DNA of 64,000 nucleotides from an uncultured Lachnospiraceae bacterium (GTDB lineage Bacteria; Bacillota; Clostridia; Lachnospirales; Lachnospiraceae). The position numbers and the translations under genes were made by a program. Shown one piece after another: positions 26,153-36,002 of this stretch. Location: assembly GCA_963929535.1 (NCBI GenBank), contig CAWVIZ010000009.1, forward strand, positions 150,433-214,432, read 5' to 3'. The notes below the pieces were generated by a model, which was given only the letters and a program-made list of their open reading frames with translations, did not search any database and had not been told where the DNA came from. Every line of letters starts with the position of its first letter. Position 1 is the stretch's first letter.

Positions 26153-27031
26153 TTATTCAATATTCTGAATCTGCTCCCTGACCTTCTCGATCTCTGTCTT
26201 CAGGTCAATGGCAATATTGGAAATCTCCAGATCATTGGCCTTGGAAAGGATGGTGTTGGCCTCCCGGTTCATCTCCTGGGCAATAAAGTCCAGCTTCCGG
26301 CCAACGCCGTCTCCCTGGGAGAGCACCTGCTTCATACTCCGGATATGACTTTTCAGCCGCACCGTCTCCTCATCGGTACAGATCTTGTCCGCAAAGATCA
26401 CCACCTCGGCGGCAATACGGTTCTCCTCGATCTGGGTATCCGCCAGCAGCTCCTGCATCTTCTGCTCCAGCTTTTCCCGGTACTCCTGAATGATCCGCGG
26501 AGAGCGCTGTTCCACCTGCTCCACCTGCCCGGCCATTCCTTCCAGTTTTCCGTACAGATCCTCCCGAAGGGCCAGCCCTTCCTTCTCTCTGGCCTGGACA
26601 AACTGCGCGCAGGCCATACGAAGGCTTTCCTCCAGAAGTCCCCATATCTCATTCTCGTCCATGGGCTGCTCCTCCATGGTAAACACCTCCGGGCAGCGTC
26701 CCAGCGCAGAGGCCGTCACATCGTATGCCACCCCCAGCTCTTCTGTCATCTGCCGGAAGTATGCCGCATACTGCCCCGCGATCTCCGGATGATACTGCAG
26801 CACCGCCTTCCCCTGAGTAAAATCCTCGTAGGAGATAAACACATCCACCTTGCCCCGCTGCATATACTCCTTCAGCACGCTCCGGATCGCAGCCTCAAAA
26901 AAACTCAGCTTTTTCGGCATCCTGATATTGAAGTCCAAATAGCGGTGGTTTACAGACTTGATCTCTACCGTAAACCGCCGCTCTTCATCCTGTACTTCCC
27001 CTCTGCCGTATCCTGTCATACTCTTTATCAT
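26153..27031 (-). CDS. yicC: YicC/YloC family endoribonuclease
   Basis: N-terminus MIKSMTGYGRGE and C-terminus REANTILSKAN...IEKVREQIQNIE. Confidence 0.9.
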   Translation of the reverse strand: MIKSMTGYGRGEVQDEERRFTVEIKSVNHRYLDFNIRMPKKLSFFEAAIRSVLKEYMQRGKVDVFISYEDFTQGKAVLQYHPEIAGQYAAYFRQMTEELGVAYDVTASALGRCPEVFTMEEQPMDENEIWGLLEESLRMACAQFVQAREKEGLALREDLYGKLEGMAGQVEQVEQRSPRIIQEYREKLEQKMQELLADTQIEENRIAAEVVIFADKICTDEETVRLKSHIRSMKQVLSQGDGVGRKLDFIAQEMNREANTILSKANDLEISNIAIDLKTEIEKVREQIQNIE

Positions 27032-27320
27032 GGTTCGTCATTCTCATTTCTTTTTTGTTCCTGCAAAAGGCACCGGCTGGGGCTGCTCAGATATCTCTCC
27101 GAGCCTCTCTGATCCCAGCCCGCTGACCGTTCCCTTTTGCTGCTTTGGGCATAGTACACCCTTTATGCATATGAATTTATTATAAGTCATTATAAAACCC
27201 TAGTCAAATGCTTTTTTTTTTACTATAATAAAAGGCAATAAAAGGCGCAGCAGTTCACGGGGTTCCCTGTGAGCTGGCGCAGATACACAAGACTTTGCAT
27301 TACAAGGAGACGAATTATTT

Positions 27321-29057
27321 ATGGCATTCGATGGAATCACCATTGCTAATATCGTATCGGAACTGAATCACACCATCGCGGGAGGGAAAATCAATAAAAT
27401 CGCCCAGCCGGAGGCCGACGAGCTGATCCTTACTATCAAAAGCCAGCGCCGGCAGTACCGGCTTTTTCTTTCGGCCAGCGCTTCTCTTCCGCTGATCTAT
27501 CTGACGGAGGCCAACAAGCCCAGTCCGCTTACAGCGCCCAATTTCTGTATGCTGCTGCGCAAGCACATCGGAAGCGCCCGGATCGTATCCGTCACGCAGC
27601 CGGGTCTGGAACGGGTGATCCGGTTCGAGCTGGAACACCTCAATGAACTGGGCGATCTCTGCACCAAATACCTGCTGGTGGAGATCATGGGAAAGCACAG
27701 CAACATTATATTCTGTAATGATACGGATATGATCATTGACAGCATCAAGCACGTACCCGCCAGCATGAGCTCCGTCCGGGAGGTGCTTCCGGGCCGGCAG
27801 TATTTTATTCCGGAGACCCAGCACAAAAAGAATCCCTGGGATCTGACGGAGGACGTCCTTACCCGGGAGATATTTTCCAAACCTCTTCCCGCCGCCAAAG
27901 CGCTCTATACATCCGTTACGGGGATCAGCCCTCTGATGGCTGAGGAGGTCTGTTACCGGGCCGGCATCGACGGCGGCCTTTCCACCGATGGACTGCAGGA
28001 TCTGGAAAAGCTGCATCTGTCCCACACCTTCCTGCGGATGCTTGAGGATGTCCGGGAGGAAAATTTCACTCCCAACATCGTCTATAAAGGTACGGAACCG
28101 GTGGAATTCGCTCCCTTTGCGCTGACCCAGTACCGGGATCTGAAAAGTGTATCCTATCCCTCCATCTCCCAGGCACTGGAAACGTATTATTCCATGAAAA
28201 ATATCGTCACCAGGATCCGTCAGAAATCTTCCGATCTGCGCCGGGTGGTACAGACCGCTCTGGAGAGGAATGTGAAAAAATACCAGCTCCAGCAAAAGCA
28301 GATGAAGGACACGGAAAAGAAAGACAAATACCGGGTATACGGCGAACTGATCAATACATACGGCTACGGTCTTGAGCCCGGCGCCAAAAAGCTGGAGGCT
28401 CTCAACTACTATACCAACGAAATGATGACCGTTCCTCTGGATCCCACGCTGACTGCCCAGGAGAACGCGAAAAAATACTTCGACAAATACGGAAAGCTGA
28501 AACGGACGGCGGAAGCTCTGGAAGAACTGCTGGTGGAAACGAAAAGCGAGATCGAACATCTGGATTCCATCGCGGCGTCTCTGGATATCGCTCTCTCTGA
28601 GGAAGATCTGGTGCAGATCCGGGAAGAGCTGATGGATTACGGCTACATCCGCAGAAAGTACAACGGAGGAAAAAAAGTGAAGATCACCTCCAGGCCTTTC
28701 CACTATCTGTCCAGCGATGGCTACCATATTTATGTGGGAAAAAACAATTTCCAGAACGAAGAGCTTTCCTTCAAGTTTGCTTCAGGGAACGACTGGTGGT
28801 TCCACGCCAAAGGGCAGCCCGGCTCCCACGTGATCGTCAAATCCAATGGGGAAGAGCTTCCCGACCGGACATTTGAGGAGGCAGGACGGCTGGCGGCCTA
28901 TTACTCCAGAGGCCGTCAGGCCCCCAAAGTGGAGGTGGATTATACCCAGAAAAAGAATCTGAGAAAACCCGGCGGCGCCAAGCCCGGATTCGTCATCTAC
29001 CACACCAACTATTCCCTGCTGATCGAGCCTGACATTACCGGACTTACCCAGCTCTGA
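27321..29057 (+). CDS. rqcH: Ribosome quality-control protein RqcH (NFACT / fibronectin-binding protein A family)
   Basis: N-terminus MAFDGITIANIV, a coiled-coil middle, and the C-terminal NFACT-R motif (WWFHAKGQPGSHVIVK). Confidence 0.9.
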   Translation: MAFDGITIANIVSELNHTIAGGKINKIAQPEADELILTIKSQRRQYRLFLSASASLPLIYLTEANKPSPLTAPNFCMLLRKHIGSARIVSVTQPGLERVIRFELEHLNELGDLCTKYLLVEIMGKHSNIIFCNDTDMIIDSIKHVPASMSSVREVLPGRQYFIPETQHKKNPWDLTEDVLTREIFSKPLPAAKALYTSVTGISPLMAEEVCYRAGIDGGLSTDGLQDLEKLHLSHTFLRMLEDVREENFTPNIVYKGTEPVEFAPFALTQYRDLKSVSYPSISQALETYYSMKNIVTRIRQKSSDLRRVVQTALERNVKKYQLQQKQMKDTEKKDKYRVYGELINTYGYGLEPGAKKLEALNYYTNEMMTVPLDPTLTAQENAKKYFDKYGKLKRTAEALEELLVETKSEIEHLDSIAASLDIALSEEDLVQIREELMDYGYIRRKYNGGKKVKITSRPFHYLSSDGYHIYVGKNNFQNEELSFKFASGNDWWFHAKGQPGSHVIVKSNGEELPDRTFEEAGRLAAYYSRGRQAPKVEVDYTQKKNLRKPGGAKPGFVIYHTNYSLLIEPDITGLTQL

Positions 29058-29071
29058 GAAGGAGGCATCAA

Positions 29072-31513
29072 ATGAAAAAAAGTCAGACAGAACAACTGAT
29101 AACCCGTACTCCTGTGGAACGCATTCAGGCATCCCCCCAACAGGGGCTTACCTTTGCCCAGGCCGCTGAACGGATGGCCAGGGGCTGGGGCAATACCCCT
29201 GTGGATCCGCCTTCCAAAACGGTAAAAGAGATCATCACCAGCAATGTATTCACCTACTTCAACCTGATCTTTGCGGCCATCGCAGTGCTGCTGATCTGTG
29301 TGGGAGCCTTCCGGGATCTGACCTTTCTTCCGGTCATCATCTGCAATACCCTTGTGGGTATCGTCCAGGAGATACGGTCCAAGAAAGTGCTGGATAAGCT
29401 GAATATGCTGAACGCGCCCAGAGCCGCTGTGATCCGGGACGAAAAAAAGCAGACGATCCCGGCGGACCAGGTGGTGCTGGACGATGTGGTGGTCTTTGCT
29501 GCGGGAAATCAGATCTGCGCCGATGCCATCGTCATCGACGGAGAAGTTTCTGTCAACGAGTCCCTGCTTACCGGGGAATCCGATGAGATCACCAAGAAAC
29601 CCGGCGATCCTCTGATGTCCGGAAGCTTTATCGTATCCGGCCAGTGTCATGCCCGGCTGGACAAGGTGGGGGCCGACTCCTACATTTCCCGGCTGACTTT
29701 GGAAGCGAAGGCCACCAAGGAAGGGGAACAGTCTGAAATGATACGTTCCCTAAACCGGCTGGTTCAGGTAGTGGGATTTCTGATCATCCCCATCGGCCTG
29801 GTACTTTTCGTACAGCAGTATGTACTGGGGGGCAGCACCATCAGGGAAAGCGTCCAGTCTATGGTAGCCGCTGTGATCGGCATGATACCGGAGGGGCTTT
29901 ATCTGCTGGCCAGCGCGGCCCTGGTGGTCAGCGTACTTCGCCTGGCCACCAAAAAGGTTCTGGTCCACGATATGAAGTGTATCGAGACCCTGGCCCGGGT
30001 TAATGTTCTGTGCGTGGATAAAACGGGAACGATTACAGAAAATACCATGAAAGTGGACCGTCTGGTTCCCCTGGCTCCCTATGAGGAAGGAACCATGCCG
30101 CCTCTGGCTGCCCTGGTGGGAGATTTTGCCCATGCCATGGCCAGAGACAATATAACCATGGCTGCCCTGCAGGAGTATTTTACAGAAAATACGGGAATGG
30201 CTCCCACTGCGGTCACTTCCTTCTCCTCTGCCAGCAAATACAGCAGCGCTACTTTCGGGGACATGGCTTATGTGCTGGGCGCCCCGGAGTTTGTGCTGCG
30301 GGAGGATTACCCGGTCTATCAGGAGGAGATCGAATCCTTCAGCAGTGAAGGTTACCGGGTACTGGTGTTTGGTGTATACTCCGGAATACCGGACGGAAAG
30401 CCGCTGACCGGCAAAGTCACTCCCTATGGCCTGATACTGCTGTCCAATCCCATCCGCCCGGAAGCCTGGGAAACCTTCCAGTATTTTGCGGATCAGGGCG
30501 TGGATATCAAAGTGATCTCCGGCGACAATCCTGTCACGGTATCCCGGGTGGCCTCGCAGGCAGGTATCCGCCGGGCAGAGAATTATATCGATGCTACAGA
30601 GCTGAAAACCCAGAAGGATATTGACCGGGCTGTGCTGGAATATACCGTCTTCGGCCGTGTAACCCCCAACCAGAAACGTCAGTTTGTCCGTTCTCTGAAG
30701 GCGGCCGGAAAGACAGTCGCTATGACCGGAGACGGCGTCAATGATGTGCTGGCCCTGAAGGATGCAGACTGCAGCGTAGCCATGGCTTCCGGAAGCGATG
30801 CCGCAGCCCAGGCTTCTCAGCTTGTGCTTCTGGAGTCCAATTTTGCCTGTATGCCCTCGGTAGTTCTGGAAGGACGGCGGGTTGTCAACAATATCGAACG
30901 GTCAGCCAGTCTGTTCCTGGTAAAGAACATCTTCAGCTTTCTGCTGGCGCTGTTCTCCATGGCCTTTATGATCTCCTATCCGCTGCAGCCATCCCAGGTA
31001 TCCCTGGTGTCCATGTTCACCATCGGCGTACCGGCCTTCTGCCTTGCCATGGAACCCAATAAAAAGATCATAGAAGGACATTTTCTCACCAACGTACTGC
31101 TGAAGGCTTTGCCGGCCGGACTGACGGATGTACTGATCGTGGGATTTCTTACGGTTTTCGGTCATGTGTTCGGTCTTCCCTCCGATGAGATTTCCACCAC
31201 GGCCACCCTTCTGATGGCCATTGTGGGAATGATGATCCTCTACCGGATCAGCCGCCCCATGAACGCCTTCCGGTGGATCATCTGGCTGGGAATGATCGCC
31301 TGTCTTCTGTTCTGTATCGTATTTCTGAATGATCTGTTTGCCATCAGCCCCATCTCTCTGCGGGCAGGAATGGTCCTGGTCATCTTCGCCATAGCCACGG
31401 AGCCCATCCTCCGGTATCTGACCATCCTGGTCCGTTCCCTGGAGCAGGGCGTGAAACGGTATTATGAAAGAAAAGAAGAAAAGAAGGCGGCCAGACGGCT
31501 GCGCAGGAGGTAA
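29072..31513 (+). CDS. Cation-translocating P-type ATPase
   Basis: Motifs LTGESD, phosphorylation site DKTGTITEN, and hinge MTGDGVNDVLALKDAD. 813 aa with about 10 TM segments. Confidence 0.9.
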   Translation: MKKSQTEQLITRTPVERIQASPQQGLTFAQAAERMARGWGNTPVDPPSKTVKEIITSNVFTYFNLIFAAIAVLLICVGAFRDLTFLPVIICNTLVGIVQEIRSKKVLDKLNMLNAPRAAVIRDEKKQTIPADQVVLDDVVVFAAGNQICADAIVIDGEVSVNESLLTGESDEITKKPGDPLMSGSFIVSGQCHARLDKVGADSYISRLTLEAKATKEGEQSEMIRSLNRLVQVVGFLIIPIGLVLFVQQYVLGGSTIRESVQSMVAAVIGMIPEGLYLLASAALVVSVLRLATKKVLVHDMKCIETLARVNVLCVDKTGTITENTMKVDRLVPLAPYEEGTMPPLAALVGDFAHAMARDNITMAALQEYFTENTGMAPTAVTSFSSASKYSSATFGDMAYVLGAPEFVLREDYPVYQEEIESFSSEGYRVLVFGVYSGIPDGKPLTGKVTPYGLILLSNPIRPEAWETFQYFADQGVDIKVISGDNPVTVSRVASQAGIRRAENYIDATELKTQKDIDRAVLEYTVFGRVTPNQKRQFVRSLKAAGKTVAMTGDGVNDVLALKDADCSVAMASGSDAAAQASQLVLLESNFACMPSVVLEGRRVVNNIERSASLFLVKNIFSFLLALFSMAFMISYPLQPSQVSLVSMFTIGVPAFCLAMEPNKKIIEGHFLTNVLLKALPAGLTDVLIVGFLTVFGHVFGLPSDEISTTATLLMAIVGMMILYRISRPMNAFRWIIWLGMIACLLFCIVFLNDLFAISPISLRAGMVLVIFAIATEPILRYLTILVRSLEQGVKRYYERKEEKKAARRLRRR

Positions 31514-31560
31514 AAATACTTCCTGCCGCTTTTCTGTGCGGTGCTGTTTGGACAAATGAT

Positions 31561-32754
31561 ATGGAAAAAGAACCGTATACAATCAGTGTTGCTGAACACG
31601 TTTGGGAGCACATGACATTTGATGATGGCTGTATCGCCGCACAGAACTGTTATGATTTTCTCGCTGACGGAGGATACATAAGGGTGGCTGTCCCTGATGC
31701 CAATTTCAAAAACGAGTGGTATCAAGGTATTGTCAAAGTTGGCGGTAATGGAGACCCCAATCATCCTGCGTACACCCATAAAATCGTTTATGATTACAAA
31801 ACTCTGTGTGTGGCATTTGAAAAAGCTGGCTTTGTCGTTGATCTGCTTGAATACTGCGATGAAAATGGGACTTTCCATTATAAATACTGGAATGAACTTG
31901 ATGGAAAAATCGGACGTTCATTGCGTTTTGATACACGAAATAAGGACGGCAAGCTCGGCATGGTGTCGATTATCATTGATGCCAAGAAGCCGATAGTTAT
32001 AAGAAAAATAATGGCGACTTGGATTACACACTTAATGGTTGCGGATGGCGTTCTTGAACGTATTCCGAACTTAGATAGACATGGTTTCTGCGTTGGTAAT
32101 ATCGCACCGGATTGCAACGTAGAAAATGAAGATTGGACAGCCTTTACGCCGTCCAGAGAGGTAACGCATTGGATGCAGAGTGAACGAAAGAAAGCCTCGG
32201 ATTGTGATGCTTTCTGCGACGAGTACATCTTGAAGCGTAACGACAAAATCAAATCTGCAGAAGAATATGCGTTCCTGCTCGGTTACTACTCCCATCTGAT
32301 TACTGATGCAGCGTTTCAAGCTATGATCCGAGACGAAGATCGTGTAAGAGCTGTTTGGATGCGTATTAAGGCTGATGAAGAATTGAGCGTCTCCGGTGCC
32401 GGTATGGATGAAACATGGGATTCAGTAAAGAGGCTCATTCCTAAGAAAGATCGGATGCGTGAGATCTACGCAATGGAAGCTGAGTATCTGAACGACCACC
32501 CATACTCCGGTTATCTCACAGAGATTCTTCCGTTGAAATCTTTCCCCGATTATATTGATTACCTCCCCCAAGGTTGTATTGTTCGCAAGATCGGCGTGAT
32601 GGGTTACTTGCCTGATCTCGACAAGTCCATAAATAAGTTTATTACTATGTCGAAAGACGAGTACGCAAACTTTGTAGAAGATACGATACAGCTTGTGGTT
32701 AAACAGTTTGCCGAAAAGAATTTATTAGGCGTGTTCGATAACCTTTTGGTATAG
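31561..32754 (+). CDS. Fusion ORF: N-terminally truncated class I SAM-methyltransferase-like segment joined to a zinc-dependent phospholipase C-like domain
   Basis: aa 1-150 resemble only the post-motif-II part of small SAM methyltransferases (VAEHVWEHM, GGYIRVAVPD, LCVAFEKAGF), with no GxGxG motif. From M151 (nt 32011), MATWITHLMVADG...HLITD resembles the phospholipase C/DUF-type zinc hydrolase fold. There is no Shine-Dalgarno sequence before either ATG, and the region is visibly low in GC. Confidence 0.45.
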   Translation: MEKEPYTISVAEHVWEHMTFDDGCIAAQNCYDFLADGGYIRVAVPDANFKNEWYQGIVKVGGNGDPNHPAYTHKIVYDYKTLCVAFEKAGFVVDLLEYCDENGTFHYKYWNELDGKIGRSLRFDTRNKDGKLGMVSIIIDAKKPIVIRKIMATWITHLMVADGVLERIPNLDRHGFCVGNIAPDCNVENEDWTAFTPSREVTHWMQSERKKASDCDAFCDEYILKRNDKIKSAEEYAFLLGYYSHLITDAAFQAMIRDEDRVRAVWMRIKADEELSVSGAGMDETWDSVKRLIPKKDRMREIYAMEAEYLNDHPYSGYLTEILPLKSFPDYIDYLPQGCIVRKIGVMGYLPDLDKSINKFITMSKDEYANFVEDTIQLVVKQFAEKNLLGVFDNLLV

Positions 32755-32935
32755 TCAACAGAAGACCTCTTTTCTACTGTTTTTGATAAGGAAAAAGCAT
32801 AAAATTTGATGTAAAATTGCCTTAGGCTTACCCTTAAAAACAGGTTATCGAACACGTCTATTGAATAATTTGTAACTTTTGCAGAGAACCCCCTTGACAA
32901 ATTCCGTCTTGTTATGGGATATTTTTGCCCTTGTC

Positions 32936-32972
32936 AAAAAACAGCGTAAGCCGTTTCCCATGCTTACGCTGT
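32936..32972 (-). terminator. Intrinsic terminator of leuS
   Basis: ACAGCGTAAGC (32941-32951) and GCTTACGCTGT (32962-32972) form a perfect 11-bp stem, followed on the minus strand by a U6 tract. Confidence 0.8.
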
Positions 32973-33023
32973 TCTCAAATCTTCCGTCCTATGAATTCCG
33001 GGATTTCTTATTGCCGGAGTTTT

Positions 33024-35438
33024 TTATTTCATTACCAGGTTCACTATTTTCTTCGGCACGTAAATTTCCTTCACCACATTCCCCGTCAGTTTGTCAGCCA
33101 CCGCTTCTTTACCTTTAGCGATCGCATCCTCCTTGGAAATATCCACCGGAATACTGATCACCGCGCGGGTCTTACCGTTGATCTGTACCGGGATCTCCAC
33201 CTCATCGTCCTTCATGGCTTCCTCATCGTGCTCCGGCCATTTTGCCGCAAACACAGAGGTGTCATGCCCCAGGATCTGCCACAACTCCTCGGCAATGTGG
33301 GGAGCAAATGGAGCCAGCAGCAGCGTAAATGTGGACAGCGTCTCTTTATCAATTCCGCCGGCGGTCTTGGCAATCTCAATAAACTTGTTATTGTATTCCA
33401 TAAATTTGGAAATTACCGTATTCAGGCTGAAGCTTTCCAGACGCTCGGTGATGTCGTGAACCAGACGGTGACGCTGTTTCACCATCTCCTTGGTCTCCTT
33501 CACATCCTTCTCCACAGAATCCTGCACCAGCTTCCAGAAACGGTTCAGGAAGCGGTACACACCGTCGATTCCTCTGTCATCCCACTCCGCATCCAGTTCC
33601 GGCGGTCCTACAAACAGCTCATAAAGCCGCAGGGAGTCACAGCCGTAGTCTCTCACCAGATCGTCCGGAGATACCACGTTGCCCTTGGACTTGCTCATCT
33701 TGATCCCGTTCTTACCGGTGATCATACCCTGGTTAAACAGCTTCTGGAAAGGCTCGTCAAAATCAATGGCCCCGATATCATACAGGAACTTGGTGTAGAA
33801 TCTGGAGTACAGCAGATGGAGTACCGCATGCTCCACACCGCCAATATACATATCCACCGGGAGGTACTTGTCCGCCTTTTCTTTCGATACCAGCTCCTTA
33901 TCATTCTTGTTGTCCACGTAGCGCAGGAAATACCAGGAAGAGCCTGCCCACTGGGGCATGGTGTTGGTCTCTCTCTTGGCCGGGCCTCCGCAGCAGGGGC
34001 AGGTGGTGTTTACCCACTCGTCGATGGCTGCCAGCGGGGACTCTCCGGTTCCGGTGGGCTCGTAGGACTCCACCTCCGGCAGGCGCAGGGGAAGCTGATC
34101 CTCCGGCACCGGCACATTGCCGCATTTGGGGCAGTGTACGATGGGGATGGGCTCACCCCAGTAACGCTGACGGGAGAATACCCAGTCGCGCAGCTTGAAG
34201 TTGACGGTCTTGCGTCCGATACCCATTTTCTCAATCATGGCCGGCGCTTCTTTTTTCAGCACCGCGGACTCCATGCCGTTCCACTCTCCGGAGTTGATCA
34301 TGGTTCCGGAAGCTTCCGTATAAGCCTCCGTCATATTTTCAATTTCCTTTCCATCCTTGGCGATTACCTGGATGATGGGAATATTGAACTTCCTGGCAAA
34401 TTCAAAGTCTCTGTCATCGTGGGCCGGAACGCACATGATGGCGCCGGTTCCGTAATCTGCCAGAACATAGTCGGACAGCCAGATGGGCACCTTCGCTCCG
34501 TTTAACGGATTGATGGCGTAAGAGCCCGTGAACACACCGGTTTTCTCCTTGTCCTGCAGACGGTCCACGTTGGATTTCATGGAAGAATCGTAGATATATT
34601 TCTCCACGGCCTCGCGGGTCTCATCGGTGGCCAGTTCTTTTGCCAGCGCGTGCTCCGGAGCCAGTACCATGAAGGTGGCGCCGTGCAGGGTATCCGGTCT
34701 GGTGGTGTAGACGGTGATCTTCTCATCTCTTCCCTCCACCGGGAACTCCACCTCTGCTCCGTAGGACTTTCCGATCCAGTCGGACTGCATCTTTTTCACC
34801 TTTTCCGGCCAGTCCAGCTTGTCCAGGTCATTCAGCAGACGATCCGCGTATTTGGTGATCCTCAGCATCCACTGACGCAGGTTCTTTTTGGTAACCTCCG
34901 CGCCGCAGCGCTCGCATTTTCCGTTGACCACCTCTTCGTTGGCCAGTCCGGTCTTACAGGAAGGACACCAGTTGATGGGGAACTCCTTCTCGTAGGCCAG
35001 ACCCTCCTTGAACATCTTCACGAAAATCCACTGGGTCCACTTGTAGAAATCCGGATCCGTGGTGTTTACTTCCCGGTCCCAGTCATACAGAGCCGCGATC
35101 TGATTGATCTGCTCCTTGATGTGCTTCACGTTCTCCGCAGTGGAAATGGCCGGATGCACACCCATCTTGATGGCGTAGTTCTCAGCCGGAAGTCCGAAAG
35201 CATCCCAGCCCATGGGATGAATGATATAGTAGCCGTTCATCAGCTTGTAACGGCTCCACACATCGGAAATCACATAGCCTCTCCAATGTCCCACATGAAG
35301 TCCGTTGCCGGACGGATAGGGGAACATGTCCAGACAATAATATTTCGGTTTCTTTCCATCATCCACATTGACCGGGTGCTCCTCCCAGATATCATGCCAC
35401 TTCTTTTCCACTGCCCTATGATTATAAGGTACTGCCAT
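33024..35438 (-). CDS. leuS: Leucine--tRNA ligase
   Basis: HIGH-type motif PYPSGNGLHVGH and KMSKS. 804 aa. Confidence 0.95.
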   Translation of the reverse strand: MAVPYNHRAVEKKWHDIWEEHPVNVDDGKKPKYYCLDMFPYPSGNGLHVGHWRGYVISDVWSRYKLMNGYYIIHPMGWDAFGLPAENYAIKMGVHPAISTAENVKHIKEQINQIAALYDWDREVNTTDPDFYKWTQWIFVKMFKEGLAYEKEFPINWCPSCKTGLANEEVVNGKCERCGAEVTKKNLRQWMLRITKYADRLLNDLDKLDWPEKVKKMQSDWIGKSYGAEVEFPVEGRDEKITVYTTRPDTLHGATFMVLAPEHALAKELATDETREAVEKYIYDSSMKSNVDRLQDKEKTGVFTGSYAINPLNGAKVPIWLSDYVLADYGTGAIMCVPAHDDRDFEFARKFNIPIIQVIAKDGKEIENMTEAYTEASGTMINSGEWNGMESAVLKKEAPAMIEKMGIGRKTVNFKLRDWVFSRQRYWGEPIPIVHCPKCGNVPVPEDQLPLRLPEVESYEPTGTGESPLAAIDEWVNTTCPCCGGPAKRETNTMPQWAGSSWYFLRYVDNKNDKELVSKEKADKYLPVDMYIGGVEHAVLHLLYSRFYTKFLYDIGAIDFDEPFQKLFNQGMITGKNGIKMSKSKGNVVSPDDLVRDYGCDSLRLYELFVGPPELDAEWDDRGIDGVYRFLNRFWKLVQDSVEKDVKETKEMVKQRHRLVHDITERLESFSLNTVISKFMEYNNKFIEIAKTAGGIDKETLSTFTLLLAPFAPHIAEELWQILGHDTSVFAAKWPEHDEEAMKDDEVEIPVQINGKTRAVISIPVDISKEDAIAKGKEAVADKLTGNVVKEIYVPKKIVNLVMK

Positions 35439-35815
35439 GGTAAAAAATCCTCCTGTCTTTTTCTCTTGTTCCTGCTTTGCACCAACAGCCGTACAATTCT
35501 CTTTTTCCGGTCCGTGGTGCTTTTGCCAACCAAAAAAGCCCTTCGTCTTCTGAATCCTTCTTCAGACAGAGACGAAAGGGCTTTATTCCGTGGTACCACT
35601 CTGCTTCATGGAAAATATCTTCCATGCACTTATCAATTCTGTAACGGGAATACCCGCTTTCTCCTACCGGGAAAGGCTGTCACAGCATCTCCTTTGGGAA
35701 AAAGAGCTCCGAGGCCAGTTCAGAACATCCCCTCACTGCCTTTCACCCTCCGGCAGCTCTCTGGATCGGGGTCCGTACCTACTCTTCCTCATCAAAGCCT
35801 TTTCTGTTTGAAACC
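35439..35815 (-). promoter_or_regulatory. T-box leader (tRNA-sensing riboswitch) of leuS
   Basis: On the minus strand: AGAGA-type stem I region (CCAGAGAGCUGCCGGAGGGUGAAAGGCAG), the conserved T-box core AGAGUGGUACCACGG (35589-35599), then the terminator AAGCCCUUUCGUC...GACGAAGGGCUUUUUU (35532-35583). Confidence 0.85.
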
Positions 35816-35822
35816 TTTTGTT

Positions 35823-35852
35823 ATTCTACCCCACCGAATATGGCTTTGTCAA
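35823..35852 (-). promoter_or_regulatory. Sigma-A-type promoter of the leuS T-box leader
   Basis: On the minus strand, TTGACA (35852-35847) - 18 nt - TAGAAT (35828-35823). Confidence 0.6.
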
Positions 35853-35871
35853 GTATTCTGCCTCAGTTTTT

Positions 35872-35921
35872 CCGTCTTCCGGCAACAGTTCAGCCTTTCG
35901 GCTTCACTGTTACAAAAGCAT
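35872..35921 (-). repeat. Hairpin repeat, copy A (AACAGTGAAGCC-GAAA-GGCTGAACTGTT family)
   Basis: About 50 nt, closely similar to copy B at 37696-37747. The hairpin spans 35884-35911 and ends exactly 31 nt upstream of the leuS -35 box. Confidence 0.7.
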
Positions 35922-35926
35922 ACACA

Positions 35927-35949
35927 CAGGCTGCGATTTTCGCAGCCTG
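35927..35949 (-). terminator. Stem-loop downstream of the 36003-37610 gene
   Basis: CAGGCTGCGA-aaa-TCGCAGCCTG is a perfect 10-bp stem, followed on the minus strand by a U-containing tract. Confidence 0.55.
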
Positions 35950-36002
35950 CATGTCTCGGGATCCCGCCGCATTTGCGGGGGTCTGCACTCTGCTTCTTTT
36001 CA

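Noticed and set aside
27315-28727. 470-aa minus-strand ORF
   Set aside because: It is antisense to rqcH, which has clear NFACT motifs. It has no ribosome-binding site and no motifs.
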